Positions 10,316 to 20,319 of a DNA stretch of 64,000 nt are shown here, piece by piece. Numbering within the stretch: the stretch's first letter is position 1; every line of letters begins with the position of its first letter. A model generated the notes under the pieces. That model did no database searches and was not told the origin of the DNA. It saw only the letters and a program-made list of their open reading frames with translations. A program made the position numbers and the translations under genes. This stretch comes from an uncultured Flavobacteriaceae bacterium (GTDB lineage Bacteria; Bacteroidota; Bacteroidia; Flavobacteriales; Flavobacteriaceae): the NCBI GenBank assembly GCA_905381055.1, contig CAJPUR010000007.1, forward strand, positions 57,705-121,704, written 5' to 3'.

Positions 10316-11231
10316 TCCTTCTTTTTTTTAAATAATAATCAAAAATAATAAATATTAAAAATCCTAAAGCCATAAATAGAACCCCTGAAACAATATTAAT
10401 ATAATCATTATTAGTATTAGATAAATCAAAAACATTTGAGTCTTTCCAAGGCCATATTTTTGGTAATGAACCCATCATAATTCCAATTAGAAAAAAAATA
10501 GTTTGATTTTTATAATTTAAAAAAAGCCATTTTAAAATTTTAGAAAATACTTTTAGTCCAATAATCATACCTGATATAATTATTAAAACTTTTGAATACA
10601 ATGAAATTATTAAATCAAACTCCATTAGAAACAAAATTTTAATTAAATTATTTAATAATTCTATGATATATTCGTATACTCCGAATAAAATAAAAATAAG
10701 TGCTCCAGAAATGCCAGGTAAAATCATTGCTATTATTGCTACTATACTTGAAAAAAATAAATAAATTAATGAAATGTTATTATTTGAAGGCTCAATTAAG
10801 GTTAACGAAGATGCAATAATTGCTCCTAAAGCAGCAAGAAAATAATAATATTTTTTTTTTTTTTCTACTTGATTAAATAAAATAAAAACTCCAGAAATAA
10901 CTATACCAAAAAAAAATGACCAAACCTGAACGGAAAAATTCGTTAATAAAAAATTAATTATTGAAGAGAAAAATAAAATCCCGAATAAAACACCAAGGGA
11001 CAATGAAAAAATAAAGTTACCATTTATTGATTTCCAAAAAGTAGAAAATTCAAATTTCAACAAATACTTAAATTTATTTAAAGTTATAGAATTAATAGAA
11101 TCAATTAGTTCATAGTAGATTCCGGATATAAATGCGATTGTTCCACCTGATACTCCAGGAATTAAGTCAGCAATACCCATAGCAATACCCTTAAAAAAAA
11201 TCACTAGGAATTTGTGAGAAAACAATTTCAT
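10302..11231 (-). CDS. DUF368 family membrane protein (PopT-like), tandem paralog
   Basis: 309-aa polytopic protein with IPGVSGG and internal LPGISGA motifs. Overlaps the downstream paralog by 14 nt. Confidence 0.85.
   Translation of the reverse strand: MKLFSHKFLVIFFKGIAMGIADLIPGVSGGTIAFISGIYYELIDSINSITLNKFKYLLKFEFSTFWKSINGNFIFSLSLGVLFGILFFSSIINFLLTNFSVQVWSFFFGIVISGVFILFNQVEKKKKYYYFLAALGAIIASSLTLIEPSNNNISLIYLFFSSIVAIIAMILPGISGALIFILFGVYEYIIELLNNLIKILFLMEFDLIISLYSKVLIIISGMIIGLKVFSKILKWLFLNYKNQTIFFLIGIMMGSLPKIWPWKDSNVFDLSNTNNDYINIVSGVLFMALGFLIFIIFDYYLKKRRIESD
10851..10864. repeat. 14-nt homopolymer (T14 on +, A14 in the sense strand of the DUF368 gene)
   Basis: Counted directly. It encodes E-K-K-K-K (GAA AAA AAA AAA AAA) in the central loop of the 10302..11231 CDS. 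Confidence 0.95.
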
Positions 11232-11242
11232 TATTTTTAAAA

Positions 11243-12604
11243 TTATTTTTTCTTTAATACATATGAAAATTCAGGAAATATTTTTTTTATAGAATTTGGA
11301 GCTTTATTATTTTTTTCGTTAAAAATTTTAAAATAGTTTTTGGCTTTAAAGTATTTACCCATTTTCAAGTAACAACCTGCGATTCTATAGTCAATTGAAT
11401 TATCTAAAGGGAAATGTTTTTTTGCCTCTTCTGCAAGTTCGTAAGCAGCCTTCCATCTTTTTAGAAATATAAGTGAATCAATGTAGTTTGTCCATGTTTT
11501 TCTATTTAAACTACCAAGTTTTATAGCCTTTTCTAAAGCACTCTTAGCCAAGGAATAAAAATTAACCTTTAAATAAAGATTTCCAATTTTTTCCCAAGAC
11601 TCTAAATTATCACAATCTATTTTCAAAAAACTTTCTAAATAAAAAATAGCTTTTTTTAATCTATTAATATCAATATAAAAATCAATAATTTTATTCCAGG
11701 CATCTAAATTTGAAGGGTCTAGCGTTATTGATTTTTTATAAAACTTTCCTGCAATTTCAAAATTTTTAAGTTTTTGATAGCAGTGGCCAATTTTAGAATA
11801 AATAAAGGATGATGGATCTTCAAACTGAAGTGAAATTTCGAAATTTTCAATTGCTTCAGATAATTTACCCATTTTTTCTAAAATTTTCCCTTTTTCAATA
11901 TATGCACCAACAAATTTTTCTTCACTTATTATTGCAAAATCAAGAGCAGCAATAGCTTCTTTATTTTTATTAAGTTTTAAATATTGTTTTCCTAATTCAA
12001 ACCATGCGATTTCATTATATGGATTTTGTTCTAAAATATTATTTAACAGATTTACTGAATTCTCATATTCTTTAAGTTGGTCATAACAATATAATAGGTT
12101 ATAGAAAGACTGGTAGTCGTTAATATCATTATTTATACATAATTTAAAATACCTTTTAGCATTATTGAAATCATTTATCTTCATATATTCCATCCCCAAA
12201 AGAGTCCATATTTCGTATGGATCTTCAGAGAAATTTAATGATTTTTGTAAATAATTTATAGCTAATTTATGTTTACTTTTTTTTGAAAGAATTGTAGCTT
12301 TTTGAATAAAAACCTCATGGTTATTGGGTTCAATTTTTTCATATGAATTTAAAATAAAAAGGGCCTTATCAAAATTCCCTTCAAAAATTAAAAGTTCAGA
12401 TTTTAATAAAGCTAACTCAGTATTAAAGGGATGTTGGTTATTAGCTAGCTTTAGGGCTTTCTTAGCTAAATTAGTCTCTCCTGAGTCAATGTAGTAATGA
12501 ATTATCTTTTCAAATTCTTGGACATCAAAAAAGAATATTTCGTTAGTCTTAAGCATATTTTCAAATCTATTAACAGATGATTCAAAATTTTTCGAATTTT
12601 CCAT
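11243..12604 (-). CDS. tetratricopeptide repeat protein
   Basis: About 10 recognisable 34-aa TPR units (A..Y...L..(ND)P.N..AW). I prefer ATG 12604 over the GTG 12622 used by the track. Confidence 0.75.
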   Translation of the reverse strand: MENSKNFESSVNRFENMLKTNEIFFFDVQEFEKIIHYYIDSGETNLAKKALKLANNQHPFNTELALLKSELLIFEGNFDKALFILNSYEKIEPNNHEVFIQKATILSKKSKHKLAINYLQKSLNFSEDPYEIWTLLGMEYMKINDFNNAKRYFKLCINNDINDYQSFYNLLYCYDQLKEYENSVNLLNNILEQNPYNEIAWFELGKQYLKLNKNKEAIAALDFAIISEEKFVGAYIEKGKILEKMGKLSEAIENFEISLQFEDPSSFIYSKIGHCYQKLKNFEIAGKFYKKSITLDPSNLDAWNKIIDFYIDINRLKKAIFYLESFLKIDCDNLESWEKIGNLYLKVNFYSLAKSALEKAIKLGSLNRKTWTNYIDSLIFLKRWKAAYELAEEAKKHFPLDNSIDYRIAGCYLKMGKYFKAKNYFKIFNEKNNKAPNSIKKIFPEFSYVLKKK

Positions 12605-12721
12605 AATTATAACCTTATACACTTTAATATAAATTTATGCAGATTTAGATGTTGGATTTAATGCTTGATTATATTGTTTTTAACAAAATAATCAACATTT
12701 AATAATATTTAATTATCTGAT

Positions 12722-13903
12722 TTACATTGAATTAAGTATAGAAATAATTATATCACACCCTTTTTTTATCTCTTTCTTTGAAATTGTTAAGGGAGGAGTT
12801 ATTCTAACAGCTCTTTTTTCCCATAATAACCAAAATAATATGAGATTTTTTTTAAGAGATTCAATTACTAATTTATTTGCTATTTTATTTGATTTTAAAA
12901 TTATCGCTAGCATTAGTCCTCTTCCATTTATTTTTTTTATTTTGTTATGAACTAAATATTCTTTGAATAATTTTTCCTTTGATTCAATAGTTTTCATCAA
13001 ATCAGATTTTATCAACTCATTCAAAGTTGCATATGCTGCAGATGCAATTACTGGATTCCCTCCAAAAGTACTTATATGACCAAGCTTAGGATTTACACTT
13101 AGGCATTTCATGATCTTTTTTGAACTGCAGAATGCTCCTATTGGTAATCCTCCACCTAGGGCTTTCCCAATTACTAAAATATCTGGGTTCACATCATAAT
13201 GCTGAAATGAAAATAGTTTGCCAGTTCTACCAAGTCCAGGTTGAATTTCGTCTAAAATTAATAATGCACCTACTTCTTCACATCTTTTTTTAACCATTTT
13301 CAAGTAATTTATTTTTGGTAAAATAAATCCAGCACCACCTTGAATTGACTCTAAAATTACACCAGCAGTTTTAGTAGTAATTTTAGATAAGTCAGAAAAA
13401 TTATTAAATTTTATAAATTTTATTTTTGGTAAAAGGGGCCCATATTTGATTTTTTGTTTTTCTGAACCAGTAACACTCAAAGATCCTTGAGTACTTCCAT
13501 GATATGAATATTTAGCTCCGATTAATTCTTCTCTTCCAGTGAACCTCTTACACATCTTTAAAGCTCCTTCAATAGCCTCTGTCCCAGAATTCGTTAGAAA
13601 AGTCACTCTCAGATTTTTATTGAGATTTTGAGCAATTTTTTTAGTTAATTTAACTGTTGGCTCTTGGATTGATTCACCATAAACCATAACATGGCTATAT
13701 TTATCTAATTGATTTTTTATAGCATTATTTATAATAGGATTTGAATGTCCCAAATTTGCAACTGAAACACCAGCTACAAAATCTAACAATTTGTTGTTTT
13801 TAGAATCCGTTATGAATGAGCCTTTTGCTTTTTTCACTTCAATTCCAAGTGGACTATTATTAGTTTGGGCTTGGTATTTAAAAAAATCTTTTTTTAAATT
13901 CAT
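12722..13903 (-). CDS. class-III PLP-dependent aminotransferase (acetylornithine/ornithine aminotransferase-like)
   Basis: Motifs SGTEAIEGALK, LDEIQPGLGRTGK and a PLP-lysine context VIGKALGGG. 393 aa. Confidence 0.85.
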   Translation of the reverse strand: MNLKKDFFKYQAQTNNSPLGIEVKKAKGSFITDSKNNKLLDFVAGVSVANLGHSNPIINNAIKNQLDKYSHVMVYGESIQEPTVKLTKKIAQNLNKNLRVTFLTNSGTEAIEGALKMCKRFTGREELIGAKYSYHGSTQGSLSVTGSEKQKIKYGPLLPKIKFIKFNNFSDLSKITTKTAGVILESIQGGAGFILPKINYLKMVKKRCEEVGALLILDEIQPGLGRTGKLFSFQHYDVNPDILVIGKALGGGLPIGAFCSSKKIMKCLSVNPKLGHISTFGGNPVIASAAYATLNELIKSDLMKTIESKEKLFKEYLVHNKIKKINGRGLMLAIILKSNKIANKLVIESLKKNLILFWLLWEKRAVRITPPLTISKKEIKKGCDIIISILNSM

Positions 13904-15480
13904 TTGCTAAATAATTCTTTAACAGTTGTTGGTTTTTCATTTATTCTCCAAATAAAACCGTCAAGCTCTCTCAGATTTTTATCAATTAATTTTTCAGGCT
14001 TTAGTTCTCCGTCGGGAGTAATATAAAATGAAATTTTTTCAATTTCATTGTTATTAAAATCCATTTTTATAGAGCTACAGATAGTTTTGTTAATCCCAAC
14101 AAGTTCTCCTTCATCAGAATACATGTAATAAATAACTTCCGTATTTTTATTAACAGTAATATTTTTTAAGTTACCGTCTTCAAAATCACCATATAAATTT
14201 ATTCCTTTAATCTGATTATATCCGTTTTCACTTAAACTATCTTTTTCAATTATAAAAGAATTTCCAAAAATATAAAGCGAGTCAAGTTTTTTTGATTCTA
14301 AGTTAGTAATTAAGTGAATTGTTTCTCCTGACATTTGACTTTTTTCAAACCACAGAACTGGATTTTTAGCAGTTTTTTTTTGTGAACTCAAAACCTGTAG
14401 TTCTTTTTTACTTAGAGGCTTCATTAATAATTCCATCTTACCAGTAGACTCATCTAGAAATAATGAATCAGATTTTCCTTTTATGTCAGTTTTTAGAATT
14501 TTAACATTATAGTACCCTCTGAGAAATCTTCTTTCTACTGGCCCTGTAGCAATAAGTGTATCTGCATGAATATAAAGAGAGTCATCATCAATAATATTAA
14601 TAGCCAAAGCTTTTTTTGTGATTATTGCAGAGTCTTTATTTTTAAAAATCTCACCAAAATCACCTTTTATTAAGGAATTATTAATCGTATCAGTAATTAT
14701 AATTTTATTGGTTGCAGAAGCATATTTTTTTTCATTTTCAAAATACAAACTATCCCCTTCTATAATTCTTTGATTATAATAAATTATTGCATTTTTTTTA
14801 AAATTACCACTTTGTTTATTTGAATCATAGTAACCTTTTTCACAATAAATATCATAATCTTTACCAATAATTTTTGATGGTCCATAAAAAAAAGATTCTT
14901 TTGTATCAGTAAAATAATCAAGTCTTGAAGAGGTTAAAATATATTCAGGATTATTTATTTTAACATTTTTATTAAAATTATATTTTTTTTGGCTGATATA
15001 ATAAGTTCCTTCATTACTTTTTAAAATATTTGAATTGTCAATAATTTTTCCCGGAGTCTTGTAAAATGCAATATTTTTAATCCTGTCTAAAAAAAGCGTA
15101 TCTGTTTCAAGGGTCATATCTGGTCTTTTTAATACGACATTTCCTTTGGCAACTCCCTTTTTACTAGTTCCATCGTATTCAAAATAATTACTTGTTAAAG
15201 TAAGAGTGTCTCCCTGATTAAAAACTACATTTCCTTCTGCATTGAAAAAATTTTTTTTTGGATAAAAAACCGATTTATCAGATTTAATATTAGCACCTTC
15301 ATGGAAAAGATGAACTCTTATTTCGTTTTTTTTTAAAAGAATATTTGCATTTGGATACTTTGTTTCATTTTTTTCTAGTGAACCTGATTGAATAATCCGA
15401 ATAATTTTAGAACTTTCTTGACTCCAGTTTAGTTGAGAAATAAAAAGTAAAAAATTAAGTAAAACGAAAAAATATTTCAA
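13900..15480 (-). CDS. OstA-like (LptA/LptD N-terminal-like) periplasmic protein
   Basis: 526 aa with a signal peptide. Repeated beta-jellyroll-like segments (A..V.....GD.L.....Y) are reminiscent of the OstA-like family. The assignment is by pattern only. Confidence 0.6.
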   Translation of the reverse strand: MKYFFVLLNFLLFISQLNWSQESSKIIRIIQSGSLEKNETKYPNANILLKKNEIRVHLFHEGANIKSDKSVFYPKKNFFNAEGNVVFNQGDTLTLTSNYFEYDGTSKKGVAKGNVVLKRPDMTLETDTLFLDRIKNIAFYKTPGKIIDNSNILKSNEGTYYISQKKYNFNKNVKINNPEYILTSSRLDYFTDTKESFFYGPSKIIGKDYDIYCEKGYYDSNKQSGNFKKNAIIYYNQRIIEGDSLYFENEKKYASATNKIIITDTINNSLIKGDFGEIFKNKDSAIITKKALAINIIDDDSLYIHADTLIATGPVERRFLRGYYNVKILKTDIKGKSDSLFLDESTGKMELLMKPLSKKELQVLSSQKKTAKNPVLWFEKSQMSGETIHLITNLESKKLDSLYIFGNSFIIEKDSLSENGYNQIKGINLYGDFEDGNLKNITVNKNTEVIYYMYSDEGELVGINKTICSSIKMDFNNNEIEKISFYITPDGELKPEKLIDKNLRELDGFIWRINEKPTTVKELFSK

Positions 15481-15491
15481 TACAATTGAAT

Positions 15492-16766
15492 TTAAATCCT
15501 TAATATAGTTTGTTCTCTATCTGGACCTACAGAAACAATTTTGATAGGAACTTCTAATTCTTTTTCCAAAAACTTTATATATTTTTTAAAATTTAAAGGT
15601 AATTTTTTTTCATTTTTAATTTTAGTCAAATCTTCTTCCCACGCATCAATTTCAATATAACTAGGTTTTATATCTTCATTACTAATTGAAAATGGGAAAT
15701 ATTTGATAATTTCATTTTTAGTTTTATAAGCAGTGCAAACTTTGATATAATCAAAACCTGATAATACATCACCTTTCATCATCATTAATTGCGAAACACC
15801 ATTTATTCTGATTGAATATTTCAAAGCAACGAGATCTAACCAACCGCATCTTCTTGATCTTCCAGTAGTAGAACCAAATTCGTTACCTATTTTACTCATT
15901 TTTTCTCCAAAATCATCAAATAGTTCAGTCGGAAAAGGACCACTTCCAACTCTAGTAGTATAAGCCTTAAAAATTCCAAATACATTATTTATTGATCTTG
16001 GTGGAATTCCAAGACCTGTACATGCTCCTGCTGCAGTTGTAGTAGAGGAAGTTACATATGGATATGTACCAAAATCAACATCTAATAAAGATCCTTGAGC
16101 ACCTTCTGCTAATATTTTTTTACCATCTTTTATAGCATTAAAAAGAAAATTTTCACTTTCAACTACAATTAATTCTTTAATAATATTAATTGATTCAAAA
16201 AAGTCTTTTTCAATTTGTATTAAATTAAAATCAATTTCAATATTGTAAAACTCTAAAATTTTCAAATGTTTTTTCTTGATCTTGTCATATTTTTTTTGCC
16301 AATTTGCCATAAAAATATCTCCAACTCTTAATCCATTTCGACCGGTTTTGTCCATGTATGTTGGACCGATTCCTTTTAGTGTAGAGCCAATTTTACCTTT
16401 ACCTTTTGATTTTTCTGAGGCGATATCAAGTAGTCTATGAGTGGGTAAAATTAAGTGTGCTTTATTGGAAACATATAAGTTTTTTTTATAATCAATTTTA
16501 AATTTTTTAAGTTCATTCAATTCTGATTTAAAAATAACAGGATCTATTACTACTCCGTTTCCAATTAAATTTATGACTTTTTTGTGAAAAATTCCGGATG
16601 GTATAGTATGAAGGACGTGTTTGATTCCTTCAAATTCAAGAGTATGTCCGGCATTTGGGCCACCCTGAAATCTAGCTATTATATCATAATTTTTGGTTAA
16701 GACATCAACTATTTTGCCTTTCCCCTCATCTCCCCATTGGAGACCCAATAATAGATCTACAGACAT
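15492..16766 (-). CDS. purA: adenylosuccinate synthase
   Basis: Motifs QWGDEGKGK, GIGPTY and GTTGRSRRCGWLD. I place the start at ATG 16766 (MSVDLLLGLQWGDEGKGK), 1 nt after the fur stop. The track extension to 16799 would overlap fur. Confidence 0.95.
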   Translation of the reverse strand: MSVDLLLGLQWGDEGKGKIVDVLTKNYDIIARFQGGPNAGHTLEFEGIKHVLHTIPSGIFHKKVINLIGNGVVIDPVIFKSELNELKKFKIDYKKNLYVSNKAHLILPTHRLLDIASEKSKGKGKIGSTLKGIGPTYMDKTGRNGLRVGDIFMANWQKKYDKIKKKHLKILEFYNIEIDFNLIQIEKDFFESINIIKELIVVESENFLFNAIKDGKKILAEGAQGSLLDVDFGTYPYVTSSTTTAAGACTGLGIPPRSINNVFGIFKAYTTRVGSGPFPTELFDDFGEKMSKIGNEFGSTTGRSRRCGWLDLVALKYSIRINGVSQLMMMKGDVLSGFDYIKVCTAYKTKNEIIKYFPFSISNEDIKPSYIEIDAWEEDLTKIKNEKKLPLNFKKYIKFLEKELEVPIKIVSVGPDREQTILRI

Positions 16767-16767
16767 T

Positions 16768-17220
16768 TTAGATTTTTTTACTTTGTTTTTTAGTACCATA
16801 AAAATAAAGTGAATGATGATTTATATCAACATTAAAAACCTCCTCAATAGTTTTTTTAATACTTTCAATTCTTGGATCACAAAATTCTTTAACTTCACCT
16901 GTATCAGTGAGAATTATGTGATCATGTTGTTTATCAAAATATGATTTTTCATATTGAGCTTGATTTTTGCCAAACTGATGTTTTCTAACCAATCCACAAT
17001 CAAGTAAAAGTTCAATTGTATTGTATAATGTAGCTCTACTTACTCGATAGTTTTTATTTTTCATCAAAAGATATAAAGACTCTATATCAAAATGCTCCTG
17101 ATGACTATAAATTTCTTTTAAAATTGCAAATCTTTCAGGTGTTTTTCTATGACTATATTTATCCAAAAAATTAATAAATACATTTTTTACGATTTCTTGT
17201 GGATCTTCAATTTGTTTCAT
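16768..17220 (-). CDS. fur: Fur family transcriptional regulator
   Basis: 150 aa with a winged-helix N-terminus ([13 protein letters not shown]...[12 protein letters not shown]) and His clusters (QHDH, NHH). It has only two Cys and no CxxC pair. Confidence 0.8.
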   Translation of the reverse strand: MKQIEDPQEIVKNVFINFLDKYSHRKTPERFAILKEIYSHQEHFDIESLYLLMKNKNYRVSRATLYNTIELLLDCGLVRKHQFGKNQAQYEKSYFDKQHDHIILTDTGEVKEFCDPRIESIKKTIEEVFNVDINHHSLYFYGTKKQSKKI

Positions 17221-17255
17221 TTTACATAAATAATATTTTATAAAGTTAATAGTAT

Positions 17256-19457
17256 TTATTCTCTTGTGACTTTTTCAATGCCATTTATTTTAGATAAATT
17301 TTTTAAAAGCCTTTCCAAAGTTGAATTATTTTTCACAAAAACATTTATTTCTCCAATAAAAAGACCTTCCGAGGTATTGAAATTTATTTTTTTAATATTT
17401 ACACTCATGTTTTTTGATATTACCTTTGTTACTTGGTTGACAAGTCCAAGGGTATCAATACCAGAAAGTTTAACTATTGCTCCAAATTCTTGTTCAGATG
17501 AGTCAATCCAATAAGCAGGCATAATCCGGTAGGCAAAGTTTGACTGAAGTCCAATCGCATTTTTACAACTAAGTTTATGAACTTTTATATTTTCATTAAC
17601 AGAAATAAAACCAAAAACTTTATCTCCAGAGATAGGATTACAACATTTTGATAGTGAATAAGGTAATTCCTCTTTTTCTAAACCAAAAACGATTTTATCA
17701 AAATTTGAAGAAAATGATTTTGAATCATCAATAAAATCAATTTGCTTGCCTGTAATTTTGTCTTTGATATATTTGATAAATTTATTATTTCTTGAATTTA
17801 AGAATTCTTTAATTTTTTTATTATCTATACTTCCAAATCCAACCCTGAAATAAAGGTCTGCTGGACTTTTTAATTTAAAAAACTTTATTAATTCGGATAG
17901 ATTTTTCTTATTTAATGAAATTTTTAAATGATTAAGTTTTCTTTTTAAAATTTCCTCACCTTCTTTAGCAATTATTTTTTTCTCGTCATTTAGAGAGTTT
18001 TTAATTTTTACTCTAGCTCTTGATGTTTTTACAAAATCAAGCCAATTTGCACTTGGTTTTGAATTTTTCGATGTAATTATTTCTATTTGGTCACCACTTT
18101 TAAGAATTTTACTTAACGGAACAAGTTTCCCATTAATTCTTGCTCCTCTTGTTTTGAATCCAATTTCTGTATGAATATGAAATGCAAAATCAAGTGCGCA
18201 TGATCCACTTGGTAATGATTTTAATTCTCCTTTTGGTGTAAAAACAAAAATTTCATCGGAATATAAATTTAATTTAAAGTCTTCTACGAAGTCTACTGCA
18301 TTTAAATCTTTATTTTCAAGTACTTCTTTCAATCTATTTAGCCAATTCTCAAAACTGGATTCTTTCTTCTCACCTTGTTTATATTTATAGTGTGCAGCAT
18401 AGCCTTTTTCAGCAATTTCATGCATTCTTTCAGATCTGATTTGAATTTCTATCCATTTATTATTAGGACCAAGAACAGTAATATGAAGAGACTCATAGCC
18501 ATTTGATTTTGATGAGGATATCCAATCTCTTAGTCTTGTGGGATTTGGAGTAAAATAATCTGTAACTATTGAGTAAATTTTCCAAGCTAAAAATTTTTCC
18601 CTTTTTTTAGATGATTTATATACAATTCTTATTGCAAATTTGTCAAAAACATTTTCATATGATATTTTTTGTTTCTGCATTTTTTGATGAATAGAGTAAA
18701 TGGACTTATTTCTTCCTTGAATAAAATATTTCAGTTTTTCTTTATTAATTGCTTTTTTAATTAACCTTGAAAATTTTTTAATATATAATTCTTGTTCTTC
18801 TTTACTTTCTTCTATTTTATTTTTGATATTTAGATAGCTTTTATTGTCAGTATATCTAAGGCTAAGATCCTCTAATTCATTTTTTATGTTATACATTCCA
18901 ATTCTGTGAGCAATAGGGGCGTATATATATAAGGTTTCAGAAGCAATTTTTAATTGTTTTTGTTCAGACATGAAATCTAGCGTTTGCATATTATGAAGTC
19001 TATCTGCAATCTTAATAATGATTACTCTTATATCATCATTCAACGTTAATAGCATTTTTCTAAAATTTTCAGCTTGGAAAGAAATTTCAGTATCCTTTTT
19101 TAAATTTGAAATTTTAGTCAGTCCTTCAACAATTTTAGAAATTTTGTTTCCAAATATTTTTTCAATATCCTTTAATTTATATTTTGTGTCCTCGATAACA
19201 TCATGGAGAAGTGCTGCTGAAATAGATGTAGCGTCAAGACCAATTTGGGAAGCAACAATTTTTGCAACACCAATTGGATGAAATACATATGCTTCACCAG
19301 ATTTTCTTCTTTGATTTTTATGAGCATCAACAGCGGTATCAAAAGCTATCCGGATTAATTTTTTATCTTTTTCAGAAAGGCTTCTATAGCTAATCCTTAA
19401 AAGATTTTTATATTCTTTAGCAATTAATTTATTTTCTATTTTTTCATCAACTTCCAT
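17256..19457 (-). CDS. bifunctional (p)ppGpp synthetase/hydrolase, RelA/SpoT (RSH) family
   Basis: HD hydrolase motif (LLHDVIEDT), synthetase region (GYESLHITV ... EIQIRS), and TGS and ACT-like C-terminal domains. ATG 19457 is preferred over TTG 19463. Confidence 0.9.
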   Translation of the reverse strand: MEVDEKIENKLIAKEYKNLLRISYRSLSEKDKKLIRIAFDTAVDAHKNQRRKSGEAYVFHPIGVAKIVASQIGLDATSISAALLHDVIEDTKYKLKDIEKIFGNKISKIVEGLTKISNLKKDTEISFQAENFRKMLLTLNDDIRVIIIKIADRLHNMQTLDFMSEQKQLKIASETLYIYAPIAHRIGMYNIKNELEDLSLRYTDNKSYLNIKNKIEESKEEQELYIKKFSRLIKKAINKEKLKYFIQGRNKSIYSIHQKMQKQKISYENVFDKFAIRIVYKSSKKREKFLAWKIYSIVTDYFTPNPTRLRDWISSSKSNGYESLHITVLGPNNKWIEIQIRSERMHEIAEKGYAAHYKYKQGEKKESSFENWLNRLKEVLENKDLNAVDFVEDFKLNLYSDEIFVFTPKGELKSLPSGSCALDFAFHIHTEIGFKTRGARINGKLVPLSKILKSGDQIEIITSKNSKPSANWLDFVKTSRARVKIKNSLNDEKKIIAKEGEEILKRKLNHLKISLNKKNLSELIKFFKLKSPADLYFRVGFGSIDNKKIKEFLNSRNNKFIKYIKDKITGKQIDFIDDSKSFSSNFDKIVFGLEKEELPYSLSKCCNPISGDKVFGFISVNENIKVHKLSCKNAIGLQSNFAYRIMPAYWIDSSEQEFGAIVKLSGIDTLGLVNQVTKVISKNMSVNIKKINFNTSEGLFIGEINVFVKNNSTLERLLKNLSKINGIEKVTRE

Positions 19458-19486
19458 AAACAATAAGAAAATTAATTAAAGTTTAA

Positions 19487-20308
19487 TTAAGATCCCAATT
19501 TTTTACATTTCTTTCTCTGTCTTATGGCTTCATAAACAATTATTGCAACTGAAACAGAAAGGTTAAGAGAATCATTTTCCCCTAACATTGGGATTTTTAT
19601 ATTTTTAGAATTATCAAACTCCCAGTTATCAGATAATCCAAAATTTTCATTGCCAAAAGATATTGCAACAGATTTTTTATAATTTATTTTTAGATATGAG
19701 ATAGATTCTCTATTCATAAATGTTGTATATAAATTAATTTTATTTTTTTTTAAAAAATGAATTATCTCCTTTGGAGTACCCAATCCAATATTGATATTAA
19801 AAACACAACCAACACTTGATCTAATAATATTTGGATTATATATGTCAGTTTTAATATTTGATATCAAAATTAAATCTATTTTTGACGCGTCAACAGTCCT
19901 CAAAACGGCACCAATATTCCCTGGTTTCTCTGGCGAGTCTAGGATCAAAATTATTGGATTTTTCTTAATGATAGCGAGTGAATTTATACTATGATTTTTA
20001 AACTTTGAAATTGCAATCAATTTTGATGTTGATGATCTATAACAGAGGCTTTCAAAAATTATTTTTTTTAATATTATGAGTTCATAATTTAAAACTTTTT
20101 TTCTAACATTAATTTTTTCAAGTATTTGATCTTTAAACTTTTCAGTAGTGAAAAACTTTTGTATTGAATATCCTCCATTAATAGCATGAAAAATTTCTTT
20201 CTCACCCTCAATTATGAATTTATTTTTCTTCTTTCTCTCCCTTGATTTATTTTTTAATGCTTTTAATTCTCTAACTAACAAATTGTCTTTACTATTAATA
20301 TACTTCAT
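19487..20308 (-). CDS. TrmH/SpoU family RNA 2'-O-methyltransferase
   Basis: C-terminal SPOUT motifs: NIGAVLRT, FGNENFGLS, IPMLGENDSLNLSVSVAIIVYE. Confidence 0.8.
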   Translation of the reverse strand: MKYINSKDNLLVRELKALKNKSRERKKKNKFIIEGEKEIFHAINGGYSIQKFFTTEKFKDQILEKINVRKKVLNYELIILKKIIFESLCYRSSTSKLIAISKFKNHSINSLAIIKKNPIILILDSPEKPGNIGAVLRTVDASKIDLILISNIKTDIYNPNIIRSSVGCVFNINIGLGTPKEIIHFLKKNKINLYTTFMNRESISYLKINYKKSVAISFGNENFGLSDNWEFDNSKNIKIPMLGENDSLNLSVSVAIIVYEAIRQRKKCKKLGS

Positions 20309-20319
20309 TTAGCAAAATT

